A DNA stretch of 61,735 bases, counting the filler, from Choristocarpus tenellus KU-1152 (taxonomy: Eukaryota > Protista > Phaeophyceae): the NCBI GenBank assembly GCA_964200185.2. It is 7 parts of 7 records of this genome, joined end to end, with 100 filler letters (N's around TTAATTAATTAA, not from the genome) between each part and the next. Parts side by side here need not be neighbours in the genome. Positions count along the whole stretch, not along the records: positions 13,462 to 29,312 come from CAXNAD020000919.1; positions 29,413 to 41,945 come from CAXNAD020001807.1; 5 more parts are not named here. One strand, written 5' to 3'. Every line of letters starts with the position of its first letter. The stretch's first letter is position 1. A program made the position numbers and the translations under genes. The notes below the pieces were generated by a model. It worked only from the letters and a program-made list of their open reading frames with translations. It was not told the DNA's origin and made no database searches. Positions 26,601 to 38,200 of the stretch are shown here, in pieces.

Positions 26601-29296
26601 AAATTGATATTTAAGGGTGGAGGATGGGGGTATGGGCAGTGAGATAGGGGTGGGGGCCTAATTCTTACTCTTACCCTAACCCTGGAACAGAATTATGGAA
26701 TTGGTCAGGGTTCATAGAGAACTAAGCTATGGAGCCAGGTGTTTCGATCTGGAAAAGTAGTGGGTGAAGTTATTTGATTATCTTCGTGCAGTAGTCCCCC
26801 AGGGCACCCTTATTCTTTTCCCCATAAGAAATCTTTGTGCAACATATATATATACTGTAGAACTCTCTGTTACTCCACTTGGAAGTATTAAGTGTGGTGT
26901 GTGTAAGCTGGATTTCCGTTTACACATTCACCTAAATGGTCTGTTGTCAGTCCCTTGGTCCTTACTGCACCCTAGACTGTTGGGATTCCACATCTGCCAG
27001 TTTATGATAATGGGCCTCTCAGCTATTGCATGCAATGCCAATGGGAAGCTTGCACAGGTTTTATTATTGGAACTGCACACTTGCCACAACTCCCCTTTGA
27101 CCTCCCTCACATATCACCTCTCCCATCCCCACCTTCATATTACATATTACAGTGTAACTCCTTCCACCCTCTCTAGATTCCATGAAGTTGATGCCACTTA
27201 TTTTGTTTTTGTGCACCTCCCTCTTCCAGGCAAGGGTTTTGCCATTGGGTCTGCAGTGCTGACTGCCCTCTCTTTGCTGACCGCCTTCACAGACGAGGCT
27301 GAGGTGAGCAATGTAATGTGTTTGGACTGTCTTGGTTGTGGTGTTCACGAATTTGTTGTTTTTGTTGTGGTTCTTTATTTTTGCTTGTAATATTTTGTTG
27401 TAGGTTATTGAATTATTTAAGTTATGCTTCAAAGTACTCTACTGTAACTGATGTTGGTATGTGTTGAGGTTTCTTGTCTTTTATCAGATGTTTTTCCACT
27501 GCTGATTGGAACCCTTTCTCTTGTGGAAGCATTAGCAAAGTGTGTTCATTTTATTTTTTGTGACGATGATAGCACCAAGAACATCTTAATACTTTTCACA
27601 CTGTTTGATGACAATAGTGGAAGGCTGTCTAATTGTGAAGATAATATATAAACATATTGATAGATGCACCAGTGTTGTTCTGTTGTGATATTTGTTTGTA
27701 ATGTCCTTGAATTTGATAAAATTTGACTGTGTGAAACCATCTAAGAGGGGGGTTGATTTTAGCCCTTTTGTTTCAAGCCCTTGTTGGATCTTGTGTAATA
27801 CAGATCATACTCACATGAACCGCAAGCTGAGCCTCCTTAAGAGAGTGCTACTGAAGAAGAAGATTAGCTGCGAATACATTGTTGGGTGAAAGTGGCCTCC
27901 ACAATGCTCAAAACACATGTACCATAAGGCAGTCATAGGGGACCCTTAAAAGCCAGCAACACATCCCTCTTACATGGTATCACTCACACTGAAATGCATT
28001 TTCTGCTTACTCTGGAGTGCATGGCTTTTGTCACTGACCATGCATTTAGTGCATCTTTGTAGTATATTCCAATTATAGCAATCAGAGTAGTATACTTGTT
28101 TTGTTATTGTTTGAATATGCTTGTGGCATGTTCACACAAGAGATTAATATATTAGGGTTAGGGTGAATATCTTAAGGACCCTGCATCAATACTAGTTGTA
28201 GCGCATACTAGTAGCACCAATATTTGTTTGTGTGAGGAAATTGTAACTTCAGAGAAGGTTCTCTTGTCTAAGGTCTAACTCTAACAGTTTTGCCTTCCCT
28301 AACTTTGCTGCGGTGCTCTTCCTTTACTAATCACAGGTCACAGATGTCAATGTGTCTGACCCCATTGTGCTAGGTGGTGTGGTCTTTGGGGCCATGCTTC
28401 CTATGCTCTTTGCTGCGTGAGTGTGGATACAAGTAGAAAAGATTGCTTGGATATAAGCTGCTTTGGAAAAACTCAAGCATCTGGGTTGGAGGAAAGGGTT
28501 TGACAAATGTGTTGATGTATATGCCTTGTTTAAAATATTGTTTTGTGCATCCTCTTGATTTGGTTTTACGAGATCTAAAACAAATGAAGCATTGAAGTAC
28601 ATCCCAACTGAACGAAATCATCATCCCTAAGAAAAATGAACAAATCAATGTCTTCTCGCAATTTATTAGTACGTATGCTGAGTTCAAAAGTTCAATTAAG
28701 TATTTGAATGAACTTTCCTCATATTTTGAAAAGAGGGAATAGGACCACCATTGCCTTGTCAATACTTTTTCAGTCTGGATGATGTATGTCCTCTCTAGTG
28801 GTACAGTGATATATCTCTTTTGACTGAGCCGCCACTCTGCACTGTTTTGAGTTTACACCTCATCCACATACAACCCCAAAAACAATTTGCAGCACCCTTG
28901 TTATTCTAACTAGACAAAGTATCTTAGAGGGTAGAGCTGTGTCTGTTTGGGACCAAAATCCAATGTTGCGATTTTGATGAAATTTTGGCTGTTGTGTTTG
29001 TTTGGAAGTGTCCATATCCTTGTTCCGAACACACCTTTTCATAACTTACACATTTTACCTACTCTGAAACATTTCAGAGTAGGAAAACATTATAAGAAAT
29101 CTGTGGGAAGCCAAGCCCCAAATGGACAAACAGGAAAAAATTCTTACCCTCTAAGATTTTTTCACTCTAACTCAACCTCCCACTTCGTCCCTTCTTTCCC
29201 AACCTATGCTACATTCTGTCCTAAAAACATCAATGGTCTTCTGATCATGTTCTATGCTCCTTTTTCTGCTGGCATGGTGCGAACCAGCCTTACCAT
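14686..29296 (+). CDS. Membrane-integral cation-translocating pyrophosphatase (H_PPase family), K+-dependent type; first and last exons missing
   Basis: Fourteen phase-consistent GT-AG exons: 14686-14779, 16292-16347, 17578-17671, 19130-19271, 20040-20193, 22864-22981, 23553-23707, 24445-24639, 25060-25173, 25893-25988, 26434-26572, 27230-27303, 28337-28416, 29288-29296. Hallmarks [71 protein letters not shown]. Confidence 0.97.
21109..21365 (-). mobile_element. MITE family A, diverged copy in PPase intron
   Basis: Degenerate TIRs GACCCTAAGCATTTCAGAGGGTA / TACCCTCTTAACTGCTTCGACTC; interior matches the other copies, closest to 51981-52238; TCTT on both flanks. Confidence 0.8.
21541..21598 (+). 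repeat. Compound microsatellite (CAGA)n(GATG)n
   Basis: cagacagataaacagacagacagacagacg aatggatggatggatggatggatggata. Confidence 0.9.
28911..29167 (-). mobile_element. MITE family A copy in PPase intron
   Basis: TAGACAAAGTATCTTAGAGGGTA...TACCCTCTAAGATTTTTTCACTC; TAAC on both flanks. Confidence 0.88.
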
Positions 29297-29312
29297 GTGA
29301 GATTGGGGGGGG

Positions 29313-29412
29313 NNNNNNNNNNNNNNNNNNNNNNNNNNNNNNNNNNNNNNNNNNNNTTAATTAATTAANNNNNNNNNNNNNNNNNNNNNNNNNNNNNNNN
29401 NNNNNNNNNNNN
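29313..29412. other. Artificial contig linker (truncates the PPase gene)
   Basis: 44N-TTAATTAATTAA-44N; a family B MITE end follows at 29413-29437. Confidence 0.98.
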
Positions 29413-30290
29413 CCCCCCCTCCCAGATAGTTTGGGTCACAACCCCTAATGCTTGGCGGTAGGGTTTGGATATTCAAAACAACTATTAACAAAAGAAGTTG
29501 AAATCCATGCAATACTCATGAAGGGCATAACCTCCCTCACCTCCGAGTAACAAAGACACTCTGTTATTTTTTGGATGAATTAAGGGCCAGCTTTGGAGGT
29601 AGGCATTGGTTCTGTTGCATGCCAGAACCAATTGGAACACACACTGGATTTTTTTACTCAGACTGATTTTCTTCCTTTACTTTTTGATATACTTGTATAC
29701 ATTTCTTTGCATTTATTCATTCACTCATTTCCTCTGATATTTTTTACCATGGGCCTTGAGAAGATTGGATAATGTGAGGTAATACATAAACTCTATATGC
29801 ATACTTAAACACCCCGTCAGCCAAAGACAAGAGACTTTTTCGATGTGCACGATTCCTAGGACATTGCATCTAGAAGGTGTGCAGAAAACTTGCAAACTAT
29901 GCTCGGGTTCACTCCACCCACACCCAAAAATCAAACTACATTCCTGTTCCAAGGTGTTAGCCTCCTTGCCACCAATGTACCCAACTGACTTTCGTTTAAT
30001 CTTACCTGCGATTTTGGCAACATTTGTCGAAAAAAGGGTCTTTAAACAGAGATGAATCCTCTTCTGCAGCACCACCCTCAGCATGGAACACCATGCTCCA
30101 GCACAAGCTTGTAATTAGGATCAAAAACTACATTGAAGCCCCCTACCTCAAACCTTGCAGAACATACTATGCATCATGATAGCTACATAGGGGTTAGGGT
30201 TAAGTTATGAATATGTGGTCGTTGTGCTTTCTTATAAAAGTAGGTCCTAACATAATCCAATGGTGCATACTCCTTGCTGTTAGTTCCATG

Positions 30291-31914
30291 TTAGCAACAA
30301 TCTTGAAGAGCAGGAACAGACACAGTACGGAGGCTTTCATTCTGTTCATCTAGAAGCCAAGCGAGTTTGAAAGATCCAGCAGCATCATGGTACCCTGGCC
30401 AGGAGTTCCTCCCATATGCCCAAAGGAGGAACATGCCTTCGGTCCTGGGGTTGAGCCACCACTTCAATCGTGTATTTTGTTCCTCATCCCCAACAACATC
30501 ACCCTCTTGACTATAAATCTCATCACGAACTAGGCCCCCATTTTTATCTCCACCTCTATATTGACCTTTCTTCCTGTCCTTGTTCATCTGTATATTCTCT
30601 CTTTCTACTGGTTGGTGATACTGACATGATCCTTGCTCCACGTCTGTCAATGCTCCTTCACACTTCATTCCAGGGGCATCTCCAGGCATTGGAGTTGTTG
30701 CTACCAGCCCTTTATACTGGACATGGTCATCATCAAGAAAATCAGCTTTATTATCAGCGCTACTAGGCTTACCAAAGCTGTCTGCCATCTCCCATGTAGT
30801 GCTGATTGCAACCTTGTCAACTGTGGCGAAGGTTGACGGAACAGGTTGGAGTGGCTGGTGCAAGGGTCTCCGGAAGTGCATGATAAGTGCATTTGTGGAG
30901 GGGTCAGACTCGACTGAGGCATTCCGTAACAGCTGCTCCTGCTTGGGCAGCAAAGAAACCGAGCTGGACTGATAGCCCCCCATGTGATAGCGGGCAACTG
31001 TTCCAACCCTCAAAGTGTTTAGAAGATTGCACCATAGGAGCATGATTGGGAGATCTAGCATATGAGAATAGACCTCAAAAGGCTTCATGTAAGGATTGGG
31101 GGTGTTAGGAGGAGTTACTTGAGGATATTGGCTCCTAATCGTACGTTGTATCTTAAGTGCAAGTTCGTTTCAGGAGTGCATCTGGGTACAATGGTATGAG
31201 GACCTCACCAAAGAATAAATATTTTTGGTGCTGCAGTGGATACCAGATAGCCTGGAGATTTGCGGCAAGTGGAAGGATGGAGCCAACAGATCCTCGGGGA
31301 GTATACTAAGGAAAAACATACAATCCCATCGAAGGTGCAGTAATCGTTTGGCAGAGTATCATATGTACTACAACATGCAACAAAGTTTGTGCCATCCAAC
31401 TATAGTGAAAGTGCCCTCAATATTTCTAACCCTAGTGGATAGAAATGTAAGTCATGGTCTAGAATACTCAAGATATCACTCATGGTTCGCGAAATTACGT
31501 CTATCCAACAAGTAGCTTATAGTAGTAGCTGCTGCATGTGCAAACCACGTGTCAACAACGTAACTTTCCCAGAAGAAACGCACCGTGAGGACTGTCTCCC
31601 CCCACTCCGATAATAGCCTCGCTCGGTCCGGCCATTCGCCCATTCGGAGATATACCAAGGGAAACCCAACCTCCAGCTCCAGCTTTCCCCCCGAAAACTC
31701 TTACAATCAGGTCTTCTTCATCTTCAGACAACCATAACTCCAACTCGAACTCCCCTGCGAAAGTCCCGTGTGGCTTCAATACGAGGCAGTGGGTTGGAGT
31801 GGTCTGAATATCACATGGTTGGACTTCCTGGCGATCTCCTCTGACCTTATAGGAGGCACCAACCCTGTGAGGAGCGAAGATAATTATGACGTAGATATAC
31901 CTCCACAACTTCAT
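30291..31914 (-). CDS. Secreted DOMON-domain protein (~345 aa, 2 exons)
   Basis: Exon 1 31914-31584 (signal peptide; GGWVSLGISPNGRMAGPSEAIIG), GT-AG intron, exon 2 30997-30291 (VARYHMGG...MHFRRPL...FLLWAYG...GYH). WVxxGxS-GxM, RPL, WAYG and YH are DOMON hallmarks, with the Met/His heme-ligand pair present. Confidence 0.85.
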
Positions 31915-32278
31915 GTCTTAGAGGTGCAATTGGGTTAGGTGTAAATATATAGGGGTATTACAATCTTACACACCAATACATGTACAATAATGCATCCTAC
32001 AAAGAGAGACTTGCCGAGATTATGCCGAGATAATTGGGTTGTTGAACTGATGGAGAGTTTTCGTTGGATAGTAGAAAATTTCACAATCGTACCGAAAAGC
32101 AGGTTTGAGATTGAGATGAAGACGTTAGATAGGTGTGTTGAACTCTTTTGGAGATCCCATACTCGAACTTCAATCCTTGAACAGTGTGATTTTTTTCGTC
32201 GTTGCTACTCAAACGTTGGTAGGTGGGCTTGTGTTGCAAAGTTCCACTACGAGTCTCTCTGTCGTGGCAAATTGCCCA
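31915..32278. promoter_or_regulatory. Putative bidirectional promoter between divergent genes
   Basis: 364 bp between inferred ATGs at 31914 (-) and 32279 (+) within one contig; inferred from layout only. Confidence 0.45.
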
Positions 32279-35200
32279 ATGTTCCACCATTCTCGCACGA
32301 CATTGCTATTATTTATAGCAAGCGTGATCAGAGTATTTCATGGATCTCCTGGCACTTATGCCCTGGTCGCACGTACCGATTGGAGTAGAGTGGTGGGCGA
32401 AACTTATCGTACCGTGCATGTGAAACCCTTGGCGCTGAAAATGTCGACATCACGGTGAGGAATACGTGTCTTGCAACTTCCTGGTGATGGACTGGGCTGT
32501 ATTGATGAATACGTGTTACGTTGTACTGGCTGTAGTCCTGTAGCTGTCTTATCCATTGTAAACGACTGTGCTTCGACAGTCGAAATAGTGTATCCTTCTT
32601 GCATGATCACAGTGCTCCAGTGCCTCTTCTCTGGTGTTCGATTGGAATTTTCCATCCTTGTGAAAGAATGGAAATATTTGGCTATTCTATATTGTATCCC
32701 CAAATAAAGATGCGCTGTACCCGCCTTGGCTGTAATCGCCCTACAAATATGCTCCCCAGTATTAAATAGCAGTGCCATTAGTGACAAGGGATGCTATGTT
32801 GTTTGGAGCTATCTCACAATATCCAATGTATCTCCGTCTTTCTCTCTCTTTGTAATTTTTCGTCTCGTGACCTCATCCACTAACAAGATCAAGCTGGGAC
32901 AAGGAGAAGATCAGTCGTGAGACAAATGACTTACTTACCAAGAAAGCACTTGCTACCCTTCGCCACTATTGGAGCGAGATGAGAGGTGCATACAGCCATT
33001 GTCGCTATTCACCTGCCCACCTTCCACCCCAACCCTCTCTGCTTGTCTACACACCCACCTTCCATAGTCATCACTGCACCCTCCAAAACGACCTCTCAAT
33101 AAACACACTTTTTTCTCCAGAAGATTTTTTCACGTGATGTAGTACATGCAAAGACAATCCACCCACAGTGTCCACTTCCCAGTCTCCGTCTTCCCCTCTG
33201 CCCTCTCTGCTTCTCTTTGTGGGTGCTGTCTCTACATGAAACGTTGATCATGCTGTGCAAATGAGGTTGTGTGAGTGACCAAATATTACTGGGCACTGTG
33301 TGATTATGGTGTGGCCCCATTATAGCTGAGGCCTGCATTGAAATTGTTAAGACATAAGTTGTGTTTGATGCTCGATATGTGGTCATTTTCATCAACAGGA
33401 AACTATGTGTGATGTTGGCCCTAGGGTGAGTTATGTCAGGGGGTGCTCCCCCTTACGTATGCTCTACTTTTTATTTGTGGCCTAAGGTTTGTGGAGAGGA
33501 GTCAATTTTAGAGTTCTGGATGTACATTCATTGTTATTTTTTTTATATCATTTTTTACAATACAATGAGAGAAAAACTCAGGAAGGACATTTTTTTTCTT
33601 TTTCAATAGGACTCGATTCTTTTTAGACGTGGGATAAATGTAACAGGAGGAAGAGTAAGATGGACAGATTTTGATTGAATTGGACCTCTTGGTTACAAGT
33701 AGTGAATGTCTGTGTCGCTGCATCCTTGGTCCATATAGTCGGTCAGTTGCAGGTAATATAGGCAGATTGTGAGCCAACTATTGGCTCGGAATTGGAAAAA
33801 TGAAATCATATTTTCATAGCAGGCAGTAGGATTAGAGCAGCAGATAATCTAAAGGGCTTGACTTTTGGTAATCCTGTACAAGAAATCCAGTACTCACATA
33901 AGTTCTGAATGGTGATATTCTGTTTGGGTGGGGGATGGAGGGATGAAGGTACCTGAAGGCATGTTGACATAAACATTAACCATGGTTCTGCTCTGTAAGG
34001 TCCCTCTTTGACAAGTACCATGAGTGCCCGTCCTGCTATGATATTCTGTTGTGCCTTTCACCTTTTCTGTAGACATGGTTGACTCTCACAAAGAATGGAT
34101 GGGTTTGTGTGTTTTGTCTTTTGGAGGGTGGGACCCAATAATATCCCCACAATAGTAACTGTGTTCCTGTCTTCTACAAATGCGAGCAACTCTTAAGTAA
34201 AAAAAAAAACTCAACTGCTGAGCATCCTCTACCCACACACATATTTTCACTCTCTTGCATATACTTCCACCCCATATTCACTTTTGTGCAAGGGCAGGTG
34301 ACCTGTATACTGAGTGGCTGAATCGGTTTGTGTCTGACGAAGGGGTAGGGGCTGGGGGTGTCAACAAGATGGGTTGGGAAAAGTTCTTGTGGACCATGTG
34401 AGAACAGTTTCAAACACAATTTTCACATAATATAGATTGATTTTATGGTTTTCTACTTTTTTCCTTTCCTCACAAATCTGTCATACTTGGCGGTGTGAAT
34501 GAATGATAAGGTTTCATGACCTAGCCTTTTATTGCCACTCAAGAATGCTTTTGATGCTCTCCATTATAATCAAGTCTTGGGTGCAGAACACCAAGTGATG
34601 CGTGTGAACATACAGAGTGTCACAGTTCGCTTTGAGTAAAGCATGCAGTTGAGTAAAGCATGCAGTTGGAGTATTCGCGAAGAATCAATATTCAACTGTA
34701 ATCATCCAATGTTTTTAATCGCTTCAATTTACAACACTATTAGTAGTGATATGATTAGTGATCAGCAAATCAAGCACTAATGTAATGGTGAAGTTCCAGC
34801 GGTCTTTCAGCCCCTCCCAGAAAGTGATTAGCTTGATTCCATGCTAAAGTATGAACCAAAAGGATCTGCCTTGCCCATAAAGAGATTGTGTATAATGGAC
34901 CACCCCAGCAGAGGCCCTGGGTAGGCATAGCTGTTCAAGTCCTGGTGCACCTTGATGAGTCAGTAAATCCATGTATACATACTTGGTACCCATTCCCAAC
35001 TTTGCGAAGAAGTACTTTCCTTAGAACAAAACAGCAATGAACCCTAACTATTCACTAAAGTACTACACAGATGTACATATACACTTGTGCATATATGTAT
35101 GTGCAGCAGATATTGGTACAGCATTTGTTTTAGAAAATTCCATGAAATTAATGTAAACTTTACAAATCCCAGATAGACTTTCTCTCCATCACATCAGGCA

Positions 35201-38200
35201 GAGCACAATGCATAAATACAAATCTCATCCACAAACAAATGTAAACAAAACACTCACTAGGATGCAGGCTGAGCCAGTGGAGGCAGTAGTGGAAAAGACA
35301 ATGATCAAGGACAGCAAAGAAGTTGTGGAGGCCAGGAAAAAGGTGAGAAGACAAAAGACAAATATCGGTGGAATGGCTTTGCCTTGTCCCCTCCTCCTCC
35401 AGAGGATCAGTTGGTAGTGGTTTTTCCTGCTGGTTATTCCAAACTCACTCTTGTCTGGCTTACAGTGCACTATGAATTATATTTTTTTATGGTACAAGAG
35501 GTGTAGAGGTTTTTTTTTGTGAAATCACGAGTTGGGTCAAAATTTGAGTGGGCCTGCCCTACACTAGTATCCTTGAACAGATTTGGTCCTGAAATAGAGG
35601 ATGGGAAGACGGCTGTCGTTGGTAGGAAAAATGTATCTTATTGTTCAAATTGGTGTATTCGTTAATAGCTGTTTTTACGTTGCCTTACCTGTTAATAGGT
35701 TTTTTCATTTTGGTCTTGACATAAGAAAATTGGAGGCGGGGTTGCTTCTTTAGCTTTCAACTTGTTTGAGAGTCTTAAATTTATTATTGTTACTGCGGAT
35801 GATACTTTACTGTTACAAACATTTTAAGGGGAATAAATGTGGTCAGGTCAAGGAGTGGGGGCGGAAGAGATGTAGCAGTAACAGGTTTAACCCTAACCAG
35901 TGCTACTTAGTACAACACATTATACACTGATCGTAGAAAAGAAAAGTTAATTCTTTGCACTGATATTGTCAGAGCTTGTTCATTAATGATCACTCATGTT
36001 TCACTAGGTATACAATGTTTGGTCTTATATTGGATGAGATTATTTCAAAGAACATGCACTAACCCTAACACTTATTTCACATTCAAACACACCCAATTAA
36101 TCCCTAGCTCTTCCCCCTTGCCTCACCTGGCCACCATCAAGAATTTATCACACTGTGGTAGTAAAGAAGATTAAAACTCCCAGGATAGTTGGCCAACACA
36201 AATAGTAGGGCATTCTGAAGGAGGTTAGTGCTACATGTGAATACATGGGCCCCTTGGTTGGACCAAGCACCCATAATGGTGACCTCAAACTCTTTTGTCA
36301 GGTCCTAAGGAAATCACTGTACATGGGTAGTGGTGACCTCATCTTCTCTCTTTCTCACCACTTTATTGTCTTTTTTCTTTGCTGGTGCTGCCCCACCCCG
36401 GACCCTCAATTCTGATGGTAGAAAAATATGCGGCCTCCTACTCTACACCCATGGCGCCACACAATGAAGGAGCTTTCTGCAGATTGGGACAAAGATGATA
36501 TGGTGAGGGATATGTAATATATAGAAAAGGTTGAGATGATTGCAGGTGAGTATATATATATATATTACTTTGTTTTGGGCATGTATAGTTACAATATTTT
36601 TATTGATCATGGTCTCCCTAACAGAGGGTGGTGACAACCACCAGAGACATGGCCAAGGAAAATAGTGTGCAGGGTGCTGGAGTGTGTCAATCTCTTGACA
36701 ACATACAAGAAGAGGGTACTGCTCGACTTCATCCATAGTCATCATCTCACTAGTCCCTGCATGCTTGCTATTGTTAGCAATCTTCTCAGTCTTTGCATTT
36801 CCCATTTAGTTATTTCCCGAACCGTCTCCCAGTCTGTGTATGTCCTCCATCTGAATAGATTGTCTTGAGGAAAGGGTGTGAAACCTTTTGATTTTGTCAA
36901 GATGGCCATTGCACAACTGGGGCAGAAATCCTGCACCAGAGCAATACGTGCTCTTGATTTTGCATATACCAGGAAACACATATAATCATACATACCATTA
37001 TATGAAAATGGGCATGAGAATCAAATGATACCATGGAGGAAACTCAAATAGTAAACCTCCATGTACCATTCTGGTTATTTTATCCTCCCAGTTGTCTGAT
37101 GACTTCAAAACACATGATCAAAAGATAGATTGAAAGTAGGAATAACCCTAACCCTTGAAAAGATAGAAAGAATGTACAGAAAGAGATAAATTATGGAAGA
37201 AGGAGAATAACACAGGCATGAAGCACTGGTACCCAAAAGCTGGGATAGGCCAACTTTCACATTTTTGACATCACCAGGTCGCATGGGGAAAAGGTAATAA
37301 TTTGCTATCACAACCAGTGCATCTAGTCCAAACACTAGCCATCATGTATTGCCTGAATGAAAGAGAAACAAAAGAATATTCACCCCTAACCCTAACTAGA
37401 CGTCAAGAGTACGCGAGAGGCACTACTGCAGTAAATTCTTGGAATTCTTTATCTGAAAGGGAAAGTTGACTCTTCATTAAATGGAGTGATCTGTACTCAC
37501 AATAGTTTGAGTGGTAAGCACTGTTGTACTAGGAAGTGTGCCAGGCCACGGAGAATTGTCCTGTTCAAGTTGACAGTATTGATATTGGTATTGGTATTGG
37601 TATTTTTTGGTGTATCAACACAAGCAAAAAGTAATTACTCTTAACTACCATAGATTTTGCCATCCATTTACCCAATGATCCAATAAGTGTGAATATGGCG
37701 CCATGTCTTGTTTTCCTTCATCTTCTTAATATGTCAGGAGGAAATGAAGGTGGAGTTGGATTACCCACCTGAGATGATCTCAGTTAGCAGGGGCATACTA
37801 CTGGAGCCCTTGGATGTGGCCAAGAAACTGATGGCGGTGAGGGAACAGCTGGCTGAAGAGTGGAAAGCAGACCTCAATAGCATCCAGGCACGTGCTCCCC
37901 TGACAGTAGGGGGGGTTGGATTGAAAGGCAAAGGGGGGTGATTTGTTCATTGAGAATAGCAGACATTGGTTGCAGCTATAGTAGCACAATATGCAGGCTC
38001 TGCATTGATGGGAGTTGGGATAATTGTCTTTCTGCACCTTATTGCTCCTGCAGGCACACACAACTAATAAAATTGTTAATTTAGATTTTCTCAACACTTG
38101 CTGTCATAAAGTGATACATGCAACACTGATGGATTTGTGGGATGGACAAGATCTTGGAGGTGGATTTTTTTATTGAGCTAGGATTAGTACCCAATAAAGA

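Noticed and set aside
14686-29296. Bacterial contamination or recent transfer as the source of the prokaryote-like PPase
   Set aside because: At least 13 canonical spliceosomal introns, two containing host MITEs, show it is an established nuclear gene.
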